Assembly: GCA_021513695.1 (NCBI GenBank)
Contig: CP084166.1
Coordinates: forward strand, 2,464,001 to 2,528,000
Direction of reading: 5' to 3'
DNA length: 64,000 bases
Source: Candidatus Heimdallarchaeum aukensis
Lineage (GTDB): Archaea > Asgardarchaeota > Heimdallarchaeia > Heimdallarchaeales > Heimdallarchaeaceae
Each line of letters begins with the position of its first letter. The first letter of the stretch is position 1. Under the pieces are notes generated by a model that saw only the letters and a list, made by a program, of their open reading frames with translations, made no database searches and was not told where the DNA came from. A program made the translations under genes and the position numbers. Below are positions 39,110 to 48,317 of this stretch, piece after piece.

Positions 39110-39408
39110 ATATAAAGCATTGGCAATAGTTTTATCAATAAATTTTACTGTACAATCAGCTGGAGGACAAAGTTGGGAAGCTAAAATGGTGACATAGATC
39201 ATATCGCTGTGGAAGATTGTTATTAACTCAATATTAAGCCTAATAGAAAGAAGAGATTCAATAGAAGTATAATTAAGATATCTCGTGATAATAATTAACT
39301 GTTTATTACGTACGAAGCAGTGTTACTTTATCAAAATTACAAATAAATTGACGCTTCAATATTAAATTCTTGACATTCGTGGAGAAAGATTGATTTATCA
39401 ATTGATTA

Positions 39409-41922
39409 TTATTTATCTCTATTTATGAAATTCATTAAAACCTTTAAGCAAGAATATTCTTCTAATTTACCAATATAAACATTCTTGAATTCACCATTGA
39501 TTTTTTCTCTTAAAATTAAATGTTTCTGTTTATTTATTATCAGGCGCCCACCAGTTGGTTTAAATTTTCTAAAAATAAACCACAAACTTTGAGCTTCTGG
39601 AAAAGTAATTTTTTCTGCTAATTCTTTTGGTTTGTTCAATAATAATTTTCCATTTGATTTAAAACTCAGAGTAATTATTGCTTTAGTATCTCCTAGGTAA
39701 AAATCTCCAATCTCTAGTTTTTGCAAATCTTCTTCTTCAATTTCCTCTTTTTTCTTATATTCCTTTTCTAGCGGCTTTTCTGATATAAACTCTCCAAATT
39801 CTGACCACAAACGATATTCAATATTGCTTTCACCAATCACCTCATTCCAATTTAATTTATAGAATATTTTTTCATCTGTTGTGTTTTTTACATAAATATT
39901 GAACAATGTTGTGTGAGTTTTTCCTTTTGCTTTTCGGAGTATTCTTCCCAAGGATTGAATTCTTTGTATTTTTGAAGACGATGATGCCATTATAATTCCT
40001 ATATTTGTTGAAGGGATATCTACTCCTTCAATTAGTGCCTTAGCTGATAATAGAACTCTGGTTATTCCTCTTCTATACAAAGTTAAACCAATCCTATTAA
40101 GTGATGAAGGAAATCCTGAATGATAAATGCTTACATAGGGAGAATCTAATTCAACAAAAACTCTATTTATCTCCCCTATAAGTTCATGAAATAAAATAAC
40201 TCTATCGTTTCTTGAAATTGTATATAAAGGACTAGTTTCATCGCTATATTCTTGAATATTTTTTGAAATCACTCTATTTAATATTTTTAATGTGAGTTTT
40301 TTTCTATTTTCTGACTGATATACTAAGTCCTTCCTTTCCTTTATTTTTTTGAAGTATTGGTTAATAAGTGGATCTTTTTTTTCTTTACTCATTTTCTGTA
40401 GAACGGGATAAATATTTATCATGTCAAGTGATAGTTGAGGATATTTGTAATTTAATGCATCAATAATTTTACTTATTTCTTTAGTTAAATTTTCATATTT
40501 TCTTTTTTCATGATTTGTAAGGACTACTCCATAGTTGTAAATATTGTATTTTGGTATTATTCCATCATCAAATGCATTTTTGTAAGTATAATTTCCTATT
40601 ATTTCTCCTAATTCTCGAATAATAACTTCATTAAAAGCATCATCCGATTCTCTTTCTGGTGTAGCTGATAGTCCTAAAGTGTAAGATCTCTTAGCTTTAT
40701 ATATCTCACGAAACTTCGGGGCGCCAGATTTGTGACACTCATCTACAATTAAAAGATTTGCTTGTAATTTTTCTGTAACTTTTCCTATTAGATTGTTTTC
40801 TATTGCAGAATTAATGACAAAAATGAAAATTTCTTTTTGATCAAAACTGTCTGAATAATCACCACCTTTTAATGCAATTTTTGACGGTTCAACGTGTAGT
40901 TTTTCTATAAGATTATCATACCATTGTTCTAGAAGTACTATTGTTGGGACAACTATAGTAACTGTCAAATTTGGTTCAATTTTCTTCATTTCTTGAATAA
41001 TTGCCATGGCTAAGTGTGTTTTCCCAGCTCCAGTAACTACTTTAGCAATACCTCTTTTCTGTTTCATCCATCGTTCAAGGAATTTTGATTGCCATGAATA
41101 AAGAGAATCTTGCAATTGCCATTCTAGTCCTTTAGTTTTTTTTATCTCTTTTTTCATGTCAATAATTGGGTTTTTCATGAATTCATCAAAATCGTTTTGA
41201 TGTTTAAGTATTTGATATCTCCACTTTCGATTAGGGAGATGGGCTTTAATTGTTAAGTGATATAGTTTTCTCAATTCTCTTATTGGTACATCTCTTCTAT
41301 TTAGTTTCTGTAATCGAGTAAGTAATTCTTTACTTAAATTGTGGGCGTAGGATAAAATTTCTTTTCTATCTCTCTCTCCTAAACTAATAGTTCCTTGATA
41401 GTAGTGGATCACTCCACATAAATCTAATACTTTCAAAATTTCTGACAAATATCTTCTGATTGTGTCTACATTCTCAATTTCATAATCATTTGCTTTAAGT
41501 AAGGTAATAAACTTAGAAAGTTTCAATCCTGAATTGTTTTTGCAAACGATATCATAAACATCTGGTAAAAAGTAAGCCCATTCTAAATTTCGACAAAGGC
41601 ATTTTAAAATATAGTTTTTATATTTAATTTTTCCGTCTAAATATTGGACAGAAAGATCAGAGAGAAAATAAAATTCATCTAAATATAGCATTTTATATGT
41701 AACTAAGCTGCCCAAATATCTTTTTGCCGTAGTGACTTTTATCTTTCCTTCTAATGTGTTACATAGTAGTAGCTTTGCTTCTTCTTCTGTAACTTTTTTA
41801 TCACGCAATTGCTTTAGAAAATTCTTCATTTTTTCTTCTGACTCAAGAATTGGATAAATTAGAGTCATATGGGGAACTTTCTTTTTTGTATCAATCAAAC
41901 CATCTGTCATAATTATCATCAA
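39409..41922 (-). CDS. SF2 DExH-box helicase (ResIII/DEAD-like core) with a 290-aa N-terminal unknown domain and a C-terminal repeat module shared with the two upstream genes
   Basis: Motif I VVTGAGKTHLAMAII, motif II LLIVDECHKSG, motif III LGLSATPER and motif VI QRIQSLGRILR. The C-terminus GDFYLGDTKAIITLSF...TGGRLIINKQKHLILREKINGEFKNVYIGKL is repeat-like. Confidence 0.8.
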   Translation of the reverse strand: MMIIMTDGLIDTKKKVPHMTLIYPILESEEKMKNFLKQLRDKKVTEEEAKLLLCNTLEGKIKVTTAKRYLGSLVTYKMLYLDEFYFLSDLSVQYLDGKIKYKNYILKCLCRNLEWAYFLPDVYDIVCKNNSGLKLSKFITLLKANDYEIENVDTIRRYLSEILKVLDLCGVIHYYQGTISLGERDRKEILSYAHNLSKELLTRLQKLNRRDVPIRELRKLYHLTIKAHLPNRKWRYQILKHQNDFDEFMKNPIIDMKKEIKKTKGLEWQLQDSLYSWQSKFLERWMKQKRGIAKVVTGAGKTHLAMAIIQEMKKIEPNLTVTIVVPTIVLLEQWYDNLIEKLHVEPSKIALKGGDYSDSFDQKEIFIFVINSAIENNLIGKVTEKLQANLLIVDECHKSGAPKFREIYKAKRSYTLGLSATPERESDDAFNEVIIRELGEIIGNYTYKNAFDDGIIPKYNIYNYGVVLTNHEKRKYENLTKEISKIIDALNYKYPQLSLDMINIYPVLQKMSKEKKDPLINQYFKKIKERKDLVYQSENRKKLTLKILNRVISKNIQEYSDETSPLYTISRNDRVILFHELIGEINRVFVELDSPYVSIYHSGFPSSLNRIGLTLYRRGITRVLLSAKALIEGVDIPSTNIGIIMASSSSKIQRIQSLGRILRKAKGKTHTTLFNIYVKNTTDEKIFYKLNWNEVIGESNIEYRLWSEFGEFISEKPLEKEYKKKEEIEEEDLQKLEIGDFYLGDTKAIITLSFKSNGKLLLNKPKELAEKITFPEAQSLWFIFRKFKPTGGRLIINKQKHLILREKINGEFKNVYIGKLEEYSCLKVLMNFINRDK

Positions 41923-42712
41923 TTGAGTAGATTATTTTGGGCTCTCTTGGTCTGTCAATTTGTATTTGATGCTCATATTTTCCCAGATAGATAGGATACC
42001 AACTTATTTCTTTATCTTTGTTTCGACGATCTTTTTGAGGTTTTGTATACTCATTTAACAAATTTTTTTGGAGATTAGAAAAATCACGCCATTGTTGATC
42101 AATTATATCGCTTTTTAATACATCTTTTTTTATTAGATACTTCATTCTATCTTGAGTAATGGCTGTCCACATGTGCCCATATTCATTTATCCAAATAGAA
42201 CCTGCATTAAGCCAATTATATGAATTCTGCATTCTTCCTCTTAATTGGCATATCCTTTTCAGAAAACTGTTATTAAAATTTTGTACATAATAAGTTATTG
42301 AAGTACTTTTTGTATTACTTTGAATTTTTTCTAGAAAATAAATTCGTCCTTCTCTAGAAAATTTATACTTTGAACCGTGCTTTCTTAAAAATCCTGTCCA
42401 TAAAGAGCCAATTTCTAGATTTCTGGGGTTAATCTCAATATCTTCAAAAACTAACTCCTTATTTAATTGTCCAACATAAACTGGCAACCATTCATTCTTC
42501 TTTTTTCTAATATAAGTAATAATCTCTCTTTCTTCATTAATTATTATTCGACCACTATTCTCCTTTCTGACATCAATTATGTCTTCTATAATCTTTGAGA
42601 CGTCAGTGGTTGTTGGAATTTTTATATCTCTATCTTTGTAGTAAATGCCATCAATATTATAAACATATTTTGACCCTCGAACATGCTTGTCATAAATATC
42701 TCCTTTTTTCAT
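41891..42712 (-). CDS. 273-aa protein made of two copies of the shared repeat module (possibly WGR-like)
   Basis: GDIYDKHVRGSKYVYNIDGIYY...NSGRIIINEEREIITYIRKKKNEWLPVYVGQL and GSLWTGFLRKHGSKYKFSREGRIYF...ISWYPIYLGKYEHQIQID. Both gene junctions in the operon overlap. Confidence 0.5.
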   Translation of the reverse strand: MKKGDIYDKHVRGSKYVYNIDGIYYKDRDIKIPTTTDVSKIIEDIIDVRKENSGRIIINEEREIITYIRKKKNEWLPVYVGQLNKELVFEDIEINPRNLEIGSLWTGFLRKHGSKYKFSREGRIYFLEKIQSNTKSTSITYYVQNFNNSFLKRICQLRGRMQNSYNWLNAGSIWINEYGHMWTAITQDRMKYLIKKDVLKSDIIDQQWRDFSNLQKNLLNEYTKPQKDRRNKDKEISWYPIYLGKYEHQIQIDRPREPKIIYSIDDNYDRWFD

Positions 42713-44403
42713 TTTAATACACCAATTCTCGATAAAAATTCATTATCATCTTCTTCTGACCATTCTTTCTCTAAATCATAAGGAGGTTTGAATTTTATAT
42801 TTCCTGAAAATTTACCTAAATAAATTGGAATCATTCCGTCTCTATCGGTTTTTTTCCTAATATCAATCAAATTTTTTTCAAAATTTGATAACTTTGATAT
42901 TTGGTTTAATATTCTTCTAGGATAAGGAGCAGAGTACATTAATGTCAATATTGCTCCATTCTCGTTTATTTTTATTCTTCCACCTTGTGGTTTAAATTGT
43001 AAAACTGTTTCCACTATCTTTTCATGCCCTTCAACAGCATAAAATTTCCTGCCAGATACTTTTATGAATAATTGTCGATTAGCATTAATTCCAAAAGTGG
43101 TTCCATCATATATACTTGGCCATAAATCTCCTTTTTTTAACTTTAAAGGTTTCCAGGAAATTTTATTTTCTTTGAAAATTATTTCTCCAGTTAACATTGT
43201 AACAAATATCTGTTTGTATTCGCCATTTACTTCTTTTTTAGTGATTATTTCTCCGCTTTCAGTGATACGAAAACTACCACCTAGTGGTCTACAATTAAGA
43301 AGTTTGTTTTTTACTCTATTATCAGAAAATTCTATCTCAAGTTTTGTGTCTGTACCACTCAAAGACCACCAAAAACGACCATCAGAATTAAAATGATATT
43401 TAGTTCCACGATAGATACTGTGGTAGGTTTCATTCTCTTTGGAGTCCAAAGGAGCTAACCAAAAATCAGAGCGATAAAGATATTGATCATGAGATTTTGT
43501 GGTGTTTATTTCTTCTCGTTTTTTTAATAGTTCTTTCCAGTTTTCTTGCAAAGATATTTTGCCGTCTTTTACTGTATTCACTAGTTTAAGTTCTTTTAAT
43601 GTTTCTAGCAATCTTAATCCGTTTTCTTCACCAATTAAAATCAAAATTTCATTTAATTTTAACTCCAGTTTATTATTGAATAAGAGCAAAATTAATTTTT
43701 CTAGTTCATATGGTGATGGATCAATAAGATCAATTTCATTGATTATATTTTGTAAAGTAAATTTGTTATCATCTTTTAAATTATCTATTTCAAATAGTTC
43801 ATCAATACTGTACTCAACTACGCCAAATTTTTCAATAATTAAAGATAGCTCTGATTGTTTAAAAACAAATTCATTTGATGAAGTATTAGATAAAAATTGA
43901 GTGAGATTAATTTCATTTAGAACATTAAACCATAGATGTTTATCTCTTTCAATTTGATTGGTATCGTAAGAACTATCTCCTTTAAAACAAACAATAGAAC
44001 TAATATGCCTAACTGGTTGTTGTATAAAGCGGGCTGAAATAGATTTTAATACTTCATTAATGTAGTTCATTAATTCATATCTCTGTGATCTAACTTGCCT
44101 GAAAATGTTTTTTCCTCCATTAATAGGCAATTTTTTATTTTGGTCAGTTACAACATACCATTCACTGTTTTCGGATCCAATTACTTTTCCTTCATAATTT
44201 TTGACTTCAACACTAATAATAGCTTTATCTTTGAGGATAATTAAGTCATACTGGTGTTTTCCAATAATATAATCTAAAATTATGTGAATTGTTTGCTTAC
44301 TATTTTGAAATTCATCATAGATATTTTTTAATATCTTAGTAATTTGTTTTTTTTCATTTTCTTCAAAATCTAAAAAACCTGAATAATATGCCTTCACAGT
44401 CAT
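42709..44403 (-). CDS. NERD (nuclease-related domain, PD-(D/E)xK-like) protein with a C-terminal tandem repeat module
   Basis: N-terminal HQYDLIILKDKAIISVEVKNYEGKVIG matches the NERD core (D-hhhh...hh-EVK-N-xxG-x-h). The C-terminal half has about 3 copies of the Y.G.kY.f...G.f + GG.hrI.e.GeIhT....nGE...hYhG module. Confidence 0.6.
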   Translation of the reverse strand: MTVKAYYSGFLDFEENEKKQITKILKNIYDEFQNSKQTIHIILDYIIGKHQYDLIILKDKAIISVEVKNYEGKVIGSENSEWYVVTDQNKKLPINGGKNIFRQVRSQRYELMNYINEVLKSISARFIQQPVRHISSIVCFKGDSSYDTNQIERDKHLWFNVLNEINLTQFLSNTSSNEFVFKQSELSLIIEKFGVVEYSIDELFEIDNLKDDNKFTLQNIINEIDLIDPSPYELEKLILLLFNNKLELKLNEILILIGEENGLRLLETLKELKLVNTVKDGKISLQENWKELLKKREEINTTKSHDQYLYRSDFWLAPLDSKENETYHSIYRGTKYHFNSDGRFWWSLSGTDTKLEIEFSDNRVKNKLLNCRPLGGSFRITESGEIITKKEVNGEYKQIFVTMLTGEIIFKENKISWKPLKLKKGDLWPSIYDGTTFGINANRQLFIKVSGRKFYAVEGHEKIVETVLQFKPQGGRIKINENGAILTLMYSAPYPRRILNQISKLSNFEKNLIDIRKKTDRDGMIPIYLGKFSGNIKFKPPYDLEKEWSEEDDNEFLSRIGVLK

Positions 44404-44800
44404 AATTTTTCCTCATTATGATAAATTAAGACAACTTAAAAATATTATATCTGAATTTCTTAAAAGCTTTGCTTTAAAAATGCAAAAAATTGCTATTTAT
44501 GTAGATCAAATAAAATTAATTTTTTAATAATGACGAAATTCTGTAAAAAAATAAGTTTATCCTCTCTTTAAATGATAAAATTAAATAATTCCTTTTGTTA
44601 TTTAAAGAGAGATTCAATTTAGTTTAAAAAAGGAATCCTAGAATTGATGTTTTACTGATAAAAGCACTTCCTTAATTCCAAGTTATATTATTTTAAACAA
44701 ATTTAATATAGATAATAATTAAAAAAGAATCTTGTGAGTTCGATATATTTATTCCTTCTTGATGACATTATTTTTATAATCTCTATTTAAATCATGAATT

Positions 44801-45994
44801 ATGGATGTTCTTCTTGCAATAGAATCTGTTCTTTTTGATGAGAAGAAAACTAGTACATACAAATTTGCTTTGGTAACTGCAATTATTGATTATGTCATAG
44901 AAAATCCAAACGAGTTTCCAGAAAACGGTTTTCACTATATACCAATTATTTATCTAGCAAAAAGGTGGTTATATTATTATTATCCATTGATGGTTTATGG
45001 GGAGAGAGGAGTTAGACAAGGATCAACACAGATATCTTTGCATCGATTTATTAGAGAATTTGTTGAAAAGCAAAGGGATAAGTCAATAAATTATTTTGAA
45101 CCTGAAGCAATTCTTAAAATTAAAGAAAGAATAGAAGATAATGAAATATTGGATAAGGAACTGATTTCTTTACTAATAAAGATAAGAAGAGTTATAATAA
45201 GCCAACCTTTACAATTCATTAAAATTGCCAGTAATAGTTTTATTCAAGAAGAGTTAGTAGAAGGAATAAAATTTAAAGATGAAACCTTTTCTCTCTTTGG
45301 ACTATATAACAGTTTACTAAAATATAATGAAAAAGAAAACTATCAAAGTATTAGATCGAAATCAACTAATTGGGAAGGAGAAAGAGGAGAACAAACTTGG
45401 TTGGAATTGGAAGCTGAAGAGACATTATTTATACAAATGGGACATTATACTTACAAAGAATTAGCAGAATCAAGATTTTTTATAAAAGATGCAATAATAA
45501 AAAGATGGTTAGAATATTCAGTAGAAAAGTATCTGCAAGCAGATGCTAAAGCAATTTATGCATTATTTTACGGACTAAAACTACATGAAAAAAGACTGGA
45601 AAGAGAATCAGGAAAAATACAGAAGATGAGAAAAATAGCCTTAACAGTTTTTAAACCGATGAAATGTATTTACTGTGGAAAAGAAATAAGAAAATTTGAA
45701 CTAGATCACCTAATACCTTGGTCAAAGTTTCCAGTTGATAGATTCTGGAATCTCTTTCCAGCATGCGAAAGTTGCAATAGAAAAAAATCAGATAAGATCA
45801 TAAGTATAGAAAGAAATATTCAAAGTAAAATAGCTGAATATTTAAAAGCGTGGCTGGAATATTTTATAGAAAATAAGGAAGAATTGGCAGTCCTAGGAGG
45901 AAAAGAAACTCACAATCTAAATATGGAAAATATAGAATCTTCAATTCATCTGTTATTAGAACAAATAAAAGAAATAAATCAGAATTTAATTTAG
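44801..45994 (+). CDS. HNH endonuclease with an uncharacterised N-terminal domain of about 280 aa
   Basis: C-terminal CIYCGKEI...ELDHLIPWSKFPVDRFWNLFPACESCNRKKSDK is the HNH His-Me finger with Zn-binding Cys pairs. The N-terminal region starts STYKFALVTAIIDYV. It is divergent from the NERD/helicase operon. Confidence 0.7.
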   Translation: MDVLLAIESVLFDEKKTSTYKFALVTAIIDYVIENPNEFPENGFHYIPIIYLAKRWLYYYYPLMVYGERGVRQGSTQISLHRFIREFVEKQRDKSINYFEPEAILKIKERIEDNEILDKELISLLIKIRRVIISQPLQFIKIASNSFIQEELVEGIKFKDETFSLFGLYNSLLKYNEKENYQSIRSKSTNWEGERGEQTWLELEAEETLFIQMGHYTYKELAESRFFIKDAIIKRWLEYSVEKYLQADAKAIYALFYGLKLHEKRLERESGKIQKMRKIALTVFKPMKCIYCGKEIRKFELDHLIPWSKFPVDRFWNLFPACESCNRKKSDKIISIERNIQSKIAEYLKAWLEYFIENKEELAVLGGKETHNLNMENIESSIHLLLEQIKEINQNLI

Positions 45995-46610
45995 ACAGAA
46001 GAATTCAGCTTGACTAATAGTCATCTGTTTCTTCTAAACAAATATAATTAAACAACTCAAATCCTTTTTCAGTTAAATTGTTGTTTGTTACCAGCTCTAA
46101 AGACAAAAGAAGATTCAGTAAATCAACAATTGCCTTTTGATTTAAAAAAGAATATTTTCTATGTAATTCAAGAAATAATCTTTTGTATATTTTTGCTTTG
46201 AGTATTTAGTGAGATTTTTGAAAATAAATAGCTAATAATATTTTATACTCTTCTAGATTGATACTAGCTGGAGAAAAAATTTGTAATGAACTTGTATAAA
46301 GATAATTCAATAGCTGTTCATTTTTGATTTTTATTTGATTCTTTTTTTCTATTTTCAAAAGCATTCTATTTTTGTAATTAAGAAAATTATACAAAAACAA
46401 AAGGAAATTTATGATATATGGTTAACTTTTTCCACCGAACTTCTACTTATAAAATATACCAGATAATTATCGTTCACAATAACATTAATGAAAATTTTAT
46501 CCTCTTACAAAAATTTGCTAAAATCTTTTTACAAAAATATTTTAAGGTATCACTGTATGTTTTTCTCATCTCTTTAATGTGTGGGAAAGAAATAGGGTAT
46601 ATAGAAAACC

Positions 46611-47372
46611 GGTAGTGTCTAGTTTTTATACCACCTCCTAGGCAAAAAGGAACTAAGGGGAGGATGTCCCAAGCTCTGATGAGGACGAACGAAATTATAA
46701 TAGAGCATAAAGAGTGTAAGGAAACCAGAAAGATGGGTAGAGCCATAGACGGCACGGATAGAACATGTGCAGTGGAGAATAGAATGAAACCAACGATAGC
46801 TCTTAAGGGTAGCATTAAAACGTTCAATATAGGAGCGTAAACCACCTTTGATAACGGAGATTTTAATACCGAGACGACGTAATACAGGATACCATACCCC
46901 TGCATCTGTAACGACAATACGAGGCTTAGAACCCCAACATTTGAACCAATAACGAAAAGTTAGTAAACATTCAAGATTACTCCGTCCTTTAGTAATACTA
47001 AAACCCAGTAAAGTCTTGTTGTAAGGATCTAACGCGAACCACATGTACATTGAGCCTTGAGAGGTCTTAATCTCTGTTTCATCAACTACTATAATCTCTG
47101 GTATTCCCCCTCTCTCTGCTACAACTCTATGTAAACTTTCCCTAAAGAGCCTGAATTTCTTTACCCAATACCATAGTGCCTGGTGTGTTAAACCATTCTT
47201 CCATGCTACTGTCCTCAAACCATTCTTTGAACCGATATATTCATAAATAGCTCTTATGATTATTTTCTTGGGGATTCTGCTCCCTTTAAAAAGGGAGTAT
47301 ATTCTTAGTTTGTTCATATTTTCACATTAGAATCCCCAATAATATTTTTGTCGGGAGAAACTAGACACCACC
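46611..47372 (-). mobile_element. IS6-family insertion sequence (762 bp), copy 2, inverted relative to copy 1, with its own 10-bp flanking direct repeat
   Basis: Ends are GGTAGTGTCTAGTTTTTATACCACC at 46611 and CTAGACACCACC ending at 47372. It is flanked on both sides by ATAGAAAACC. Confidence 0.85.
46619..47317 (-). CDS. IS6-family DDE transposase (232 aa), about 90% identical to the 38403..39101 product
   Basis: Same DDE blocks as the 38403..39101 product (VVDETEI, VVTDAGVWYP, YIERFNATLK). Confidence 0.85.
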   Translation of the reverse strand: MNKLRIYSLFKGSRIPKKIIIRAIYEYIGSKNGLRTVAWKNGLTHQALWYWVKKFRLFRESLHRVVAERGGIPEIIVVDETEIKTSQGSMYMWFALDPYNKTLLGFSITKGRSNLECLLTFRYWFKCWGSKPRIVVTDAGVWYPVLRRLGIKISVIKGGLRSYIERFNATLKSYRWFHSILHCTCSIRAVYGSTHLSGFLTLFMLYYNFVRPHQSLGHPPLSSFLPRRWYKN

Positions 47373-47423
47373 ATAGAAAACCATTAGAAAAAATTTTAAT
47401 ATGATAACGTAGGAAGAAAAGAA

Positions 47424-48245
47424 ATGAAAAAAGAGAAAGAGGACGCAATTAAAAAATTTGCGAATATTTTTTCAATGACAGCGGGAAATAGAAGTATATA
47501 TAAACACCTGGATTTTCTATTTAAAGATGATTATAATGGTTCAACAAAGAGAGATCAAATTATCTATTTATTAAAGAAATATTATCCTGATAATAAAAAA
47601 CTTATGTACATCTTAAGAGAGATTTTTGCAGTTCATAATGTTTCTTTTGTTAAACGTAATATTGATAAAATCAATGAATGCCTTATAAATTTTAATCTAT
47701 ATGTTGATGAAAATTTAAAACTTAATGTAATTGATTCTGTGATTATGTGTCTTAATGAGGCTGAATTCATAGTCAATTCTCAATTAGACAATATTCCGAA
47801 AAACTTACCCCAAATGCCAGAAGATATCCTGGAAAAAGGAAAAAATATGGCTTATGCATATTTACTTTTATATATCCTTGAAAATTATTTGAGGTTATTC
47901 ATAAGCCAAGCTAATAAGAATAAAAAATTAGAATACAGCGCTGGACAGAAAAAGAAAATAGAAAATAGAAAAAATCAAGAAGAAAAAAACACGTATCACG
48001 CTGTAAGAGGTACAAATGATCTCTTTTATCTTGATCTTAGTGATTTATGTTCTATAATTGTAAATAATTGGAATAGTTTTATTAAATATTTTCCAAATCA
48101 AAATTTCATCAAAACTAGGCTTGAGGAATTAGTAATAACACGGAATCACGTTGCTCATAATAGTATCATTTCTGACAATGATTTCAGGAGATTAATAACA
48201 TATTTTGAAGATATCCTTAATCAAATAGCCTTTTACTTTCATTAA
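47424..48245 (+). CDS. hypothetical protein with a C-terminal HEPN-like R-x4-H motif (Abi/Swt1-type)
   Basis: C-terminal ELVITRNHVAHNSIISDNDF. R-N-H-V-A-H matches the R-x4-6-H HEPN RNase motif. It is convergent with the HerA-like gene. Confidence 0.4.
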   Translation: MKKEKEDAIKKFANIFSMTAGNRSIYKHLDFLFKDDYNGSTKRDQIIYLLKKYYPDNKKLMYILREIFAVHNVSFVKRNIDKINECLINFNLYVDENLKLNVIDSVIMCLNEAEFIVNSQLDNIPKNLPQMPEDILEKGKNMAYAYLLLYILENYLRLFISQANKNKKLEYSAGQKKKIENRKNQEEKNTYHAVRGTNDLFYLDLSDLCSIIVNNWNSFIKYFPNQNFIKTRLEELVITRNHVAHNSIISDNDFRRLITYFEDILNQIAFYFH

Positions 48246-48317
48246 GATCTGTGTATGTTGTTTGATATATGTGTAGTCTAAGTTTAGATATTGAACAGAC
48301 TTCTTTTTGATTATTCT

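Noticed and set aside
38875-39129. Alternative-frame ORFs inside the IS6 copies, at 38875-39129 and 46474-46917
   Set aside because: They overlap the DDE transposase frame, which has clear catalytic motifs, and their translations are hydrophobic nonsense.
46000-46330. A minus-strand protein-like frame (QKAIVDLLNLLLSLELVTNNNLTEKGFELFNYICLEETDDY, and in another frame LTKYSKQKYTKDYFLNYIENILF) between the HNH gene and IS6 copy 2
   Set aside because: There is no start codon and the frame is broken within 130 bp. It is probably a decayed gene remnant or chance, so it was not called as a feature.
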